IMG/VR virus record: IMGVR_UViG_3300002038_000006
Span: 87,480-151,479 of that record
Reading direction: 5' to 3' (one strand)
Origin: a virus
DNA: 64,000 nucleotides
The first letter of the stretch is position 1. The number at the start of each line of letters is the position of its first letter. The position numbers and the translations under genes were made by a program. This document shows positions 8,060 through 17,613 of this stretch, piece after piece. The notes below the pieces were generated by a model. The model saw only the letters and a list, made by a program, of their open reading frames with translations, was not told where the DNA came from and made no database searches.

Positions 8060-10192
8060 GTCTTTCAAGAAGTCCGACGGTAGTTTAGAGTTGTATTGGT
8101 TCTTCATGAAGATACCCATTGACTCTAGTACCAGAATGAAAGGTTCTAATAACGTAGCACATACTTTACGAATGTCCTTAGCTAATAGTAACTCTTCTGG
8201 TACACCAACTTGACTAACAACTTCGATAGGGAGGACTGCAATCTTGTAGTCCTTCTTACTTTGTCCGGTTAGCCATTTTTCCATACGGAACGCAATGTCT
8301 TCATCTTCTATCTTAGATAACCAAACCTTAACTGCTGTTGGGTTAGGTAAATCAAGAGATAGCTTAACACCGATGTACGGTGGTGGTGGAGCTTTACCAT
8401 ACTTAGGAGCAAATACATAATCCCACATCTCGTAATGCATGTACGGAGAACTTTCAGGATTCTTGTACGATTCCTTAGCCTTAACAGAAGCCAATTGTAA
8501 GTACTCTGTCTTACCCGTGACTAATGAGTTGGTAATTTCTTTTTCAATGTCCACAGCGTCCTGTAGGAGCGATTTCAACGATAACTTCTTGCCGTCCATT
8601 ACGTCAGTCATGATTCCCTCAGTGAAAGCATTGAAACGCTTCATGATGTGTTTAGGAATCTTAGAGTTCTTTAATGATACACCTTTATACTCAGGTTCGA
8701 GTTCATCGTAAACGTTACCCTCACAGGCACTGATATAACTAAAGTAATGTTTCGCTTTAGTAGTCAGAGACAATACAGGGAAGAAGAACTCATTCTTCAT
8801 TTCAAGTTTACTGATGTGTTCAGGTACAACACCCATGCCAGCAGAAAGCTGTGCTAATAGATGTACGGTTGTTTGTGAAGTAAGGTAAACCATTACCGCA
8901 CCAACAGAATTAGATACTTCGTCAAAACCTAACTCACCATTGTTATACCACTTCACCCAATCTTGTACGGTAAAGATAGTCGAGTCAGTATCTGATACAA
9001 TTACCGTTTTACGAATAGACTGTAAGAAGTAAGCCATTGATGGTGGTGGGTTATCAGTACACCAGAAAGTATTAATCAATAAAGAGAACTTTTCTAGTGT
9101 TTCAAATGTTTGTTTAACCTGTGCGCCTAGTAAGGCGTACTTATGCGGGTCATCTTTTTCTAAGTCCCACCAAGTAGAACCTTTTAACTCGCCAGCATTC
9201 ACAATACCGATAAGAGCTGTGATGTCAGTATCCATCTTTTCAATCCATTCTTTAGGATTGTCGATAGGCTGTGTAGCTTTTACCGCAAGAGGAGTAATCA
9301 ATGAACGAACTACTTCAGGATTGTATTCAGTTAGATGATACAAGTCTTGACTATATAAATAAGCCGCACGTTCGATTGGGGTTAGTCCCGCAATGTAATC
9401 TGCAATACGTTGGAATCTATCGGGAGCTCTCCAGTATTGGTCAGTAGAACGTTGTACCGCTTTAGTTACTTCTTCAGCACTTGGGTAATGAAGATTGTAA
9501 GTAGTCATTGTCTTTTCTACTTTCTCGTAGTCCGTAGAACGAACCACAGCAACGATATTGTTAATAGCAATATCAGCGTTACGATAATGTCTGTTACCCA
9601 TCAGGTAGCGCTCTGTGTTAGCATTTGAATACGAGGTAGCAGAACGACAAGTAGATGTTAATGTAGGGTGAGCGGATTTCAAGTACAATGAGTTATGTGC
9701 CGATAAGTGAGCGCCTGATATTGAGTTGTTCTTGATTTTGAATGTTGATTGTAGTACGTGTTTAATACCAGCAGCTTCATGGTCACCATTAGCTTTGTCA
9801 ACTTGACCTTGCTTCTTAACTACCTTACGCTTAGCAACGTTACCATCGATGTATTCGGATAGGATAGAACGCTGTTCATGAGGACTTGTGTAGTTAGTTA
9901 ATGTAGGAGCCATTAAGTAATTGTTATCTTCTATATCGCCTAGGAATTGGCTGAATGGGATAACTGCTTTCTTACGACCAGTCTTAGCATCACGATGTAG
10001 AATCTTAGTGTTAGGGTCATTTACTTCAAACGCCCCACCTTTACCTGTTGTTTCCTGAACGAACGCAACAGCTTCTTCGTAAGGAATGTCCTCAACTGTT
10101 GAGATGTAATGTGCCGCGTCTTTAACTGCCGCGTCTAAAATATTTAAGTCTCTTCCGTACTCTGTAGCCGGATTTACAAATGGAGATGTCAT
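8036..10192 (-). CDS. family B DNA polymerase, polymerase subunit (phiKZ gp50-like)
   Basis: SDTDSTIF motif C, KIKNNSISG motif B, KHY; likely start MTSPFVNP at 10192. Confidence 0.9.
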   Translation of the reverse strand: MTSPFVNPATEYGRDLNILDAAVKDAAHYISTVEDIPYEEAVAFVQETTGKGGAFEVNDPNTKILHRDAKTGRKKAVIPFSQFLGDIEDNNYLMAPTLTNYTSPHEQRSILSEYIDGNVAKRKVVKKQGQVDKANGDHEAAGIKHVLQSTFKIKNNSISGAHLSAHNSLYLKSAHPTLTSTCRSATSYSNANTERYLMGNRHYRNADIAINNIVAVVRSTDYEKVEKTMTTYNLHYPSAEEVTKAVQRSTDQYWRAPDRFQRIADYIAGLTPIERAAYLYSQDLYHLTEYNPEVVRSLITPLAVKATQPIDNPKEWIEKMDTDITALIGIVNAGELKGSTWWDLEKDDPHKYALLGAQVKQTFETLEKFSLLINTFWCTDNPPPSMAYFLQSIRKTVIVSDTDSTIFTVQDWVKWYNNGELGFDEVSNSVGAVMVYLTSQTTVHLLAQLSAGMGVVPEHISKLEMKNEFFFPVLSLTTKAKHYFSYISACEGNVYDELEPEYKGVSLKNSKIPKHIMKRFNAFTEGIMTDVMDGKKLSLKSLLQDAVDIEKEITNSLVTGKTEYLQLASVKAKESYKNPESSPYMHYEMWDYVFAPKYGKAPPPPYIGVKLSLDLPNPTAVKVWLSKIEDEDIAFRMEKWLTGQSKKDYKIAVLPIEVVSQVGVPEELLLAKDIRKVCATLLEPFILVLESMGIFMKNQYNSKLPSDFLKDLPFLTEI

Positions 10193-10286
10193 CTCGTAAC
10201 CTTTTTGGTTGTTTACCACTATACCAAAATAGTATCCAGTATTTTTTCCACGAGGCAAAAAAATAAAGGGGCACTGGGCCCCGATA

Positions 10287-10697
10287 TTATAACTTCTTAG
10301 TCTCTTTCTGAAATGGGCCTTGATGGAATAGTTCCAAAGGTTCTTTCATTGAGAGTCCAATCCGCACGTCATCATAACGCTTACGAAGTTCTTGTTCGCT
10401 TAACTGCATAAGTTCGATTTCAGTTTCTTCGTCGTCTTCAGGTAATAGTTCCCCAAAGATAACGGCCTGCACTAAATCTTCCTTATCGTCGATACGGTAG
10501 TACTTACCAAAGTCAGGTTCACTACGAGAAATCTCCCCGTTGTTTAACCATACTCGTCCACGACATGAGCCCCAGATAATAACTAAGTTGGATGGGTACT
10601 TCTTACTCAACCCGATAGCTTTCTCTAAGATGTTTTCATTTACGTACGCTTCTTCCCTTGGATGGGTTGTCTTACCGTACACTTCTATGTTCCACAT
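10287..10697 (-). CDS. hypothetical protein
   Basis: ORF with AAUAAAAGGAG leader and a downstream terminator. Confidence 0.65.
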   Translation of the reverse strand: MWNIEVYGKTTHPREEAYVNENILEKAIGLSKKYPSNLVIIWGSCRGRVWLNNGEISRSEPDFGKYYRIDDKEDLVQAVIFGELLPEDDEETEIELMQLSEQELRKRYDDVRIGLSMKEPLELFHQGPFQKETKKL

Positions 10698-10746
10698 AAT
10701 CGTCTCCTTTTATTTAAACGACATAAGAGAGAGCGGAATGTCCTCT

Positions 10747-10980
10747 CTAAAATATTCTTTTCGATTCTTGAACGCCTAGCTTCAGTATTCTATCTAACTC
10801 AGATATTAACGACGTCTTGTAATTACATGAAACATGCATATACGTAGGCGCAATAATATCGCGTTCGATTTTGACCATGGCATAATCGTCTAGATGGCTT
10901 AGGGTTATTGATACGTAGGGATACCTCTTTGAAATGTATCTCGTAGTTGTAATACTACGAACAACGTTAAACCCGTCCAT
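10747..10980 (-). CDS. hypothetical protein
   Basis: ORF at the end of an operon. Confidence 0.5.
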   Translation of the reverse strand: MDGFNVVRSITTTRYISKRYPYVSITLSHLDDYAMVKIERDIIAPTYMHVSCNYKTSLISELDRILKLGVQESKRIF

Positions 10981-10984
10981 GTAG

Positions 10985-11398
10985 TTACACCATCTTCGCC
11001 TCTAATACTGACCAGCCACCTGCCGCGACATGGTCTTTGAATCGTTGTAACTCTGTAGAGCTTATATTACCAATGGTAACTTGAGCAGTACTTGAATCAC
11101 GCTTTTCAATTGTTGCCTGATTAATCCAAGGATAACCTACAGCAGTAAACTGTCCATTAGACAATTTAACTTTCACGTAAGTATAACCGTTAGGGTCATC
11201 AGGACTAGTGCCGCCTTCCAATAAAGGAAAGATATTGCGATGTAGAGTATACGGGTCTATTAAAGACTTCGCTGTATCTGCATCTAATACGGCTACTAAC
11301 TGTACGTTTTCGAACTTGGTTGGTATAACAGCTTGAACTTTATCGTGCACGCTAAAGCTTACTACGTCCCCAAGTATTATTCCCGGAAATATTTCCAT
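10985..11398 (-). CDS. conserved phiKZ-like hypothetical protein
   Basis: HRNIFP...PDDP..YTYVKV...GYPWI pattern recalled from the conserved small gene near the phiKZ DNA polymerase. Confidence 0.6.
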   Translation of the reverse strand: MEIFPGIILGDVVSFSVHDKVQAVIPTKFENVQLVAVLDADTAKSLIDPYTLHRNIFPLLEGGTSPDDPNGYTYVKVKLSNGQFTAVGYPWINQATIEKRDSSTAQVTIGNISSTELQRFKDHVAAGGWSVLEAKMV

Positions 11399-11400
11399 CG

Positions 11401-11691
11401 CTATAAAACCTTTATCAGTAATGATTCACATTCGTCAGCTGGCTCAATGTCGGTAGAGTCGGCTAAGGTAAAGAAATCTAGTTGAACACCATACGATGAA
11501 AGAGTTTCTACGAGCAATTCTAGTAAATCAATGAATACTGGATTCATCTCTTCAACAGGCTTACTCAATTCTTTCTTAAATACCGCAGTTAAAACATCCT
11601 TCATATCAGGCATGTCTTCCAATTGGTACTCGTAACGTATACGGGTTATATGGCGGGGTAGCCTTAGAGGCTGTACAAGAACAAGTTTCAC
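11401..11691 (-). CDS. hypothetical protein (acidic paralog array)
   Basis: GGAGG RBS, tightly packed operon. Confidence 0.6.
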   Translation of the reverse strand: MKLVLVQPLRLPRHITRIRYEYQLEDMPDMKDVLTAVFKKELSKPVEEMNPVFIDLLELLVETLSSYGVQLDFFTLADSTDIEPADECESLLIKVL

Positions 11692-11700
11692 GCAACCTCC

Positions 11701-12108
11701 TTAGTTGTTTACTTCCACAATGATATCTCCACCAGTCGTGATATCTACTACGTATAAGATAGGTAGTATTCTATCGGGTGAAGTGTTTAATTGACCTAAC
11801 CCTACACGTATCATTACATTATGTAATTTTTGTGCCAATGCATTAAGTTTGGGGGCTAGACCTTCTACTTCAGATAACGCACAGTTCTTCATAGTAACGC
11901 TATTGAATTCTCTATCCATTCCCATCAGATGACTGTCAGTCGTGCTATATGGTTCATAGAAGTTACTCGGTTCCATATCAGCTGCACCATCAACGACAAT
12001 AGAACATAAGTCGTGATAGTTTACCTCAGGAATATCACACTCAACGATAAGTTCTGCTATAGCGCGAGTGATTTCCACCGATGGTAATATTGCTCGTTTA
12101 CCCTTCAT
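11701..12108 (-). CDS. hypothetical protein, paralog of 12105..12527
   Basis: Shared IPEV, L.QKL, NT.PD..LP and DI...GD..VE motifs. Confidence 0.7.
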   Translation of the reverse strand: MKGKRAILPSVEITRAIAELIVECDIPEVNYHDLCSIVVDGAADMEPSNFYEPYSTTDSHLMGMDREFNSVTMKNCALSEVEGLAPKLNALAQKLHNVMIRVGLGQLNTSPDRILPILYVVDITTGGDIIVEVNN

Positions 12109-12527
12109 GCTTCATCTCCTCGTTGGTAGATTTCAACAACCATGTCTCCGTGTTTCGATATGTCCATTAATGTCATGTATGGTAAATCGTTATCGGGGTC
12201 TGTGTTGTATCTGTCTACTTCGAGATTAATAAGTATTCTATAAAGCTTCTGGGATAAAGAGATAATGCCTGTATGTAATTCGGGAATCTCACAAAGACTA
12301 TTTCCGCTAACCGACATATATTCAGTTTCTTTACCCAACACTTTAAGAGCACCGTAAGTAACCTCACTTAACTTACTCCAGTTAGTATCATTAAAAGATA
12401 GAGACCCAACTAATATAACTTTAGCTAGTTGAGTCAGGTCTACCTCAGGTATGTTTGAGTCACCAATAATTTCGGTTATCTTACATACCAACTCACTGGT
12501 AGGTATAATCGCTATTATTTTATCCAT
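12105..12527 (-). CDS. hypothetical protein, paralog of 11701..12108
   Basis: Same shared motifs; ATGA stop/start overlap. Confidence 0.7.
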   Translation of the reverse strand: MDKIIAIIPTSELVCKITEIIGDSNIPEVDLTQLAKVILVGSLSFNDTNWSKLSEVTYGALKVLGKETEYMSVSGNSLCEIPELHTGIISLSQKLYRILINLEVDRYNTDPDNDLPYMTLMDISKHGDMVVEIYQRGDEA

Positions 12528-12532
12528 AACAA

Positions 12533-12901
12533 CTACTCCAACAAGAAGTGTGCACTATCGCCAATGAGTTCACTGAAGTATGCTTCTCTTCCGGGGTACA
12601 GTTGAATAGCTCTACTTAAATCATTGATGAGGAATCTAGCAGAATCATTTATTAATCCTACTAGGGCTTGGTAATCATTCCCGTCATTTATTTCTAACGA
12701 GTCGGCTATATCATAGGACATCTCAGCTACCATGTCTTTGTCATCCGCATAGGGAGCAATGGCACCTAGTATCTGTAGTACGTCTCTAAATGATAAACCG
12801 AAGTTGGTATCGGCACTGAACATGGGACTATGATGATGTCTCATTTCAATGCGTAACCTGTGGATATTGATAATAGCCACGGCTGGTTTATTAGTTTCCA
12901 T
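12533..12901 (-). CDS. hypothetical protein (acidic paralog array)
   Basis: GGAG RBS, operon packing. Confidence 0.65.
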   Translation of the reverse strand: METNKPAVAIINIHRLRIEMRHHHSPMFSADTNFGLSFRDVLQILGAIAPYADDKDMVAEMSYDIADSLEINDGNDYQALVGLINDSARFLINDLSRAIQLYPGREAYFSELIGDSAHFLLE

Positions 12902-13248
12902 AAATAAAGATATCTCCGTTTATTAAATCTATACTTACTTCACGTCCGCACATTTGTGTATCTAATTGATAGTTCTTTAATAGGTAACGAGCATAGGTAA
13001 ATGAAACGTAGGCAATGAGTTCGTCTTCTTCCGAACTACTGCCCACATCCCAATAATTATACCGCTCCATGAAACGATACCACCACTCTTTAGCTATTGA
13101 CTCTTCAACCAATCTCACGTAACATGAATATAGTTCCGTGTATAAAGTCTTGCCTTGTTAATTCCTCAAAGTCTTCTATTAAAATGTTAGTACCACGCAA
13201 TGCAAACTCGACACTATCCCCTGGGACAATACAAGCTGTTGCTTTCAT
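12891..13248 (-). pseudogene. frameshifted member of the paralog array
   Basis: ATG at 13248 with GAGGT RBS gives 47 aa ending GGT TGA at 13105; the +1 frame (12891..13118) completes a ~119-aa protein like its neighbours. Confidence 0.6.
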
Positions 13249-13257
13249 TACTTACCT

Positions 13258-13740
13258 CTAATAGTAACATGCAGTTCTCATTCGCTCAGGAACAAAGCCA
13301 CCAGATTCTTCAAAGAGTTCATCTTCTTTCTGTTGTCTTTCTAATTCCCTTGCCCGACGGTCACCCATATCTAGAATCTTTAAGTTGTAAACTAGACCTT
13401 GCCAGTCTTGTTCTAAAAACTCTACATCGTAATCATGGGTATCACGTACAGGACCTAATCCCATACGTATCATTTCAGTTAGTTCAGTTCGCATTACTGC
13501 CCGTGCTTTCTCAAGCGTTTCGGTAGGTAATCCAATATCACCAAACTGAGTACTCCGTTCCTCTTCTTCATCCACAAGTCCCCGAAGACTGAATGGGTTG
13601 AGCAAATGTCTAAGCTCCAACTCTATCCATGGTCTCCAATTCATCATGCCTAATAAAAGGTTGTGTTGAGAACCGATTGTTTTCTTGGCCTTATTAATAG
13701 CAGGGGCTACATCAAATATTGCACCAATAGGTCTTGTCAT
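13258..13740 (-). CDS. hypothetical protein
   Basis: ORF in operon. Confidence 0.65.
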   Translation of the reverse strand: MTRPIGAIFDVAPAINKAKKTIGSQHNLLLGMMNWRPWIELELRHLLNPFSLRGLVDEEEERSTQFGDIGLPTETLEKARAVMRTELTEMIRMGLGPVRDTHDYDVEFLEQDWQGLVYNLKILDMGDRRARELERQQKEDELFEESGGFVPERMRTACYY

Positions 13741-13750
13741 TTATCCGTTC

Positions 13751-14278
13751 CTATCTAAAATCAGAAATACCGTCTTCCGCTATCGAACCTGTTATGTGGT
13801 AATTAACCAACTCTTCGATTGCAGGAATAGAGTTGCTGTTAGTATCCATCATGTAGCGATATAGTGCTTCAGCATAGTTTCCTTTATAGATAATGAATAG
13901 GGCGTTGTTTCTAAAGAAGATATCCCACATTCCGAACTTATGACGTTTCAACATATTACAAAGTAACATCTCAGCGTAATCCATGACGTAGGTTGATTCA
14001 CCTGCCCACTTCTTACCGTGATGTTTTTCCAACAGACCAATTGATGTAAACTTAGGACCTGCGTCGTATTCCACTTCGCGAGATATAACATCGTAGAACG
14101 AATCAACTATAAACCGCTCAAGTGCCTCATTGCTTTCAGGTAAATCGAAGCCTTCATCTTTAAACACTTCTACAGTGAAACGCTTCAAAGCTTCTCCATT
14201 AATAATAACACTACCATTGGTGGTTACTTCTTTGGAATCCCTGATGAGTTTGTACTCTGGGTATCTTATAGTTAACAT
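13751..14278 (-). CDS. hypothetical protein
   Basis: ORF in operon, GGAG RBS. Confidence 0.65.
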   Translation of the reverse strand: MLTIRYPEYKLIRDSKEVTTNGSVIINGEALKRFTVEVFKDEGFDLPESNEALERFIVDSFYDVISREVEYDAGPKFTSIGLLEKHHGKKWAGESTYVMDYAEMLLCNMLKRHKFGMWDIFFRNNALFIIYKGNYAEALYRYMMDTNSNSIPAIEELVNYHITGSIAEDGISDFR

Positions 14279-14640
14279 TCTATCTCCATTAAAGACTCTC
14301 GGACTTTTATTCTAATTGTGTTCACGTTGCACTCTCCCAGTGTGTCCCGCATATGACGTTCCCGCCGATACAGTGCCTTATCAATACTTGCGGTTAGTTC
14401 TGTGGGTACAGAGTACAAGTAACGATACAAGGCGTAAGGGATTCGAGATGAAGTGTCGATATTTCTAGATGCGAACATCAGGGAAAATTCATCTAGTCTC
14501 GATAGGATAATAGTTTCAATAAACTGATTACGTAGGTTTTGGTATTCTCGATATTCAGAGAGTACTTCATCAACGTATTTGCCTACCTCTCTAATTTCCC
14601 ACAAGGCATCTAGAAGAATTAGTCTTCGACGATTATTCAT
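14272..14640 (-). CDS. hypothetical protein
   Basis: First ORF of operon, GAGG RBS. Confidence 0.65.
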   Translation of the reverse strand: MNNRRRLILLDALWEIREVGKYVDEVLSEYREYQNLRNQFIETIILSRLDEFSLMFASRNIDTSSRIPYALYRYLYSVPTELTASIDKALYRRERHMRDTLGECNVNTIRIKVRESLMEIEC

Positions 14641-14682
14641 TTTGCCTCTCTCGGTTTATTCAGAGGATATATACTCCTCCCC

Positions 14683-14710
14683 CTATACTAAAAGGGTTTG
14701 GTGTAAAAAA
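14683..14710 (-). promoter_or_regulatory. putative middle promoter (A/T-tract-TAC...~17 nt...TATAG)
   Basis: Minus strand TTTTACACCAAACCCTTTTAGTATAG; related elements at ~3675-3700, ~5848-5876, ~17545-17572, ~36315-36345, ~36443-36470, ~43742-43770, ~52072-52101; resembles the phiKZ middle motif AAanntTAC. Confidence 0.55.
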
Positions 14711-15043
14711 AAACCCGGGTTATTCGCGGTAGCAAAATCCGGTAGGTTTCCCATTATTCAATTACCTGTATATGGACATAATAGGAATGGAGTTCAAAGT
14801 ACTGGCGGACTTAACATCGGCATATATTTCAACTACATCTCCTTACTTGAACTATTAAACACGCTAGAGCGGTCATATAGTTCTGGATTCATTACATCTT
14901 CTTTACTTATTAATTCACCCATAACAATTACCTCTTAATGTATTTTTTTACCGCCTGTAAGCTTCCGTATTGGACTTAAAGATATCTGGGCATATATTTA
15001 CTACTCTAGATATTAAAATCCTTCACATCGCTTCTCAGGGGCT

Positions 15044-15238
15044 CTAAGCATCTGGGACGTCTATCTGAAGTCCAACTTCACTACAGTTACTCAAAGCAAT
15101 CATAATACACTGTTTAATACGAGGGTCGAGTATGGGGTCTTCCACACAGTTCTGTAACCAGTGATGGTGTTTATGTACACTCATCAAGGCTCTGAACTTT
15201 GCAGCTTCCATTTTTTCTTTTACGTTAGGGTCGAGCAT
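15044..15238 (-). CDS. small early protein
   Basis: Early promoter at ~15271 plus AAUAAAAGGAAA leader. Confidence 0.65.
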   Translation of the reverse strand: MLDPNVKEKMEAAKFRALMSVHKHHHWLQNCVEDPILDPRIKQCIMIALSNCSEVGLQIDVPDA

Positions 15239-15304
15239 AACTAGTTTCCTTTTATTTAATTAGTTCACCAGTATAATATAGTTTTGTAATAAAATAGCAT
15301 AGAC

Positions 15305-15778
15305 GGCATAAGTGACGGCACGAGCCGTCGTACACGCTAAGGTGCAGCTCCGCCAAGGTTCTTATGTATCATGGGGTCAGGGAGATTCGTCACTATGCTT
15401 TTTCTTTTTGCTGTACTAATACATGTCCACACCTAAATGCTTAATCATATACGTTCGGAGCAGTTAGTCCTTATGGACCACTTATTTGCCCATTTAAGGG
15501 TTCGTCTTTTAACCAGATTGTATTTGAGTTGGAACTGGCTGGTTCAGAAGTAGGTGCCCCGATAAGCGTTCCTACCTCATCCCCAGCTTGGTCCAGCCCT
15601 GACGGGGAATCGCAACTTACTGTTAGCACCTTATACGTTGGATAAATGTGCTGGTCGTTTGTACGACTCAAAAAAGGGGTTAGCGAAATTGAAAAAACTC
15701 TAACCCATACTTCGGCTGCTTGCCCCGTCAGAGCAACCACAGCAACGCGAACGTAACCTCAGAAAGGTACACGTCTAC
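15305..15778 (-). ncRNA. large structured non-coding RNA of unknown family (~470 nt)
   Basis: At least 10 nested helices; the wobble pairs read as G-U only on the minus strand; TATG at 15778-15781; terminal hairpin 15314-15329 plus UUAUGCCG. Confidence 0.7.
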
Positions 15779-15807
15779 ATACTATAGTAGTATAACCTAA
15801 TAAACCT

Positions 15808-16797
15808 TTACAGGACTAGGTTGGTAGCACTATCGACTTTATCTGTAGCACTCAATACTTTCTTAGTATTGTTGTTACGAGATTCAGTACTGCGATTGTA
15901 ATCGTCAACTTCTTCTTGGCGATACTTAATCAGTTCAGCAATGCCATCAATAGAGATAACGTAGTGAACTTCAGTAAGGTCATCTTCAAGACCTTCTAAA
16001 CGATAACCGATACAAGAGTACTCAGGCATTAGCTCTGGAGCAACTGCATCTTTATCAGTTAATAGAGAGGCAACTGAAATTGGAGATTCAATTTGTTTAG
16101 CAACTTCTACAGAGTCACATACTTCAAGAAGAGACAGTTGTGCTTCAACTGAAGTAGAGTGGTTGTAGAATGCCCAGTTTTGTACATCACGTTGGTCAAG
16201 CTCGTCGTTCTGTTGTGAACAAAGTGCAGACAACGCATGGATAGTAGCTTTACAGATAGCATCAACTTGACTACGTTTAGTATTAACGCTGTTATGTTGG
16301 TAACTAATAATAGTAGGCTTATCCAAAGAACCACCGATAGCCGCTAACGACTTCAATGTGTTCAACGAGTTCAATGCAGTGATTGATGATTCAGAAGAAC
16401 CAACGACAATTGCTACAGCCGGTACACCACGTGACAATAACTCACGCATTAGTAGTGGACCGATTACTGAACCAGAACCACCAGATGCAGAGAATACAAC
16501 AATGTTGAATCCAGCAGGTGGAAGTTTTTGTAAAGCTTGACGAACATTGTCATTAATAACTTCAGCGTTATCACGACGAACCTTACCAGAACCTTCACCT
16601 TCATCAGTAGCAAGGAAGAACGGTACGTTGTTCTCTTTATGCTTGTCAGTGTAGTTAGAAGTAGAAGTGTCAATAAGACCTACTTCAGTAGTTGAGAAAC
16701 CACGACCTGCTTCGCCATTGGCAAAAGGAGATACTAAGTTAATACCACAGCCACCACAGCCGTACAAGCGAATTGAATTGTTACCATCGGATTGCAT
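15808..16797 (-). CDS. phuZ: phage tubulin PhuZ
   Basis: GCGGCGIN, GSGK and SASGGSGS tubulin/FtsZ signatures; 329 aa. Confidence 0.95.
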   Translation of the reverse strand: MQSDGNNSIRLYGCGGCGINLVSPFANGEAGRGFSTTEVGLIDTSTSNYTDKHKENNVPFFLATDEGEGSGKVRRDNAEVINDNVRQALQKLPPAGFNIVVFSASGGSGSVIGPLLMRELLSRGVPAVAIVVGSSESSITALNSLNTLKSLAAIGGSLDKPTIISYQHNSVNTKRSQVDAICKATIHALSALCSQQNDELDQRDVQNWAFYNHSTSVEAQLSLLEVCDSVEVAKQIESPISVASLLTDKDAVAPELMPEYSCIGYRLEGLEDDLTEVHYVISIDGIAELIKYRQEEVDDYNRSTESRNNNTKKVLSATDKVDSATNLVL

Positions 16798-16812
16798 TTT
16801 TTCTTCCTCTAG

Positions 16813-17511
16813 TTATTTGTAATCATCATAGTTAATATCAGTATACACACCCGGAGCACTGATAGGGTAACGGAATACCACACTGGTACGAACATGGTGT
16901 TGAGCACGAGCTTCTGCGTTAGCAATCTCTTGTCTCCACCAATCGCGAGGTCTAACACACACATGCGCGTTTCGACCATCAGGTAGTATTGTAACTGCTG
17001 GACCTAAATGAATAGATACATGCAGAACCTTAGTTGAGAGTTTAATCAACTCATCTAAGAACCACGGTATATCTTGAGCTGGGATATGTTCCAATACATC
17101 AGTACACACAACCATCTCAGCAGGGAAGTCAGGATAAACCGACAACTCTTCAATACCCGGGTCATACATCTTCACATAAGGTCTACCAAGGAAGTCAAAT
17201 ACTGAATTGTATTGTGGACTAACTGAGCCACCGCCTTCAATTGGTTTAGTAACGCTTTTATCAACGTACTTATGTTTGTAGAATGCATCTGGGTTACCAC
17301 AACCGAAGTTTATTAGAGAACGACATTGGTGTTCTCCCATTAACTTCTTAATGGCTGGGGCTTCTTTTGCGTATTCGCCGTTAGCGAACATTTTTTCAGG
17401 AGCTATTTTTTTATCGTTGGTTAAGGTAGCGCCCTTTTCAGAATAGAGCAACCTGTACTGCTCACCAAGGGATAAGTAATCTTCACTTGGATTTTTACGA
17501 CTGTACTTCAT
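16813..17511 (-). CDS. class I SAM-dependent methyltransferase-like protein
   Basis: INFGCG, YDPG, VCTDVLEHIP and NAH motifs. Confidence 0.75.
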   Translation of the reverse strand: MKYSRKNPSEDYLSLGEQYRLLYSEKGATLTNDKKIAPEKMFANGEYAKEAPAIKKLMGEHQCRSLINFGCGNPDAFYKHKYVDKSVTKPIEGGGSVSPQYNSVFDFLGRPYVKMYDPGIEELSVYPDFPAEMVVCTDVLEHIPAQDIPWFLDELIKLSTKVLHVSIHLGPAVTILPDGRNAHVCVRPRDWWRQEIANAEARAQHHVRTSVVFRYPISAPGVYTDINYDDYK

Positions 17512-17613
17512 TATGGAGTCTTTCCTCTTGTGTGCAGTAGTTATACATAAATACTAACAAAGGTGTAAAATTTTTTATATCGTCAAAAGAAAGGGGAACA
17601 TGTCCCCAAACTT

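Noticed and set aside
15322-15350. Group II intron domain V-like GAGCUG...CGGCUC (minus strand)
   Set aside because: Stem lengths and bulge do not fit D5; no GUGYG 5' end and no interrupted gene.
15331-15392. tmRNA-like ends on the + strand (CAGCTCCGCCA ... GGGGTCAGGGAGATTCGTC)
   Set aside because: No TpsiC arm, only 5 acceptor pairs, no tag ORF; the G-U pairs favour the minus strand.
15471-15740. 89-aa ORF inside the structured region
   Set aside because: GTG start with no RBS and atypical composition; the region is better explained by RNA helices.
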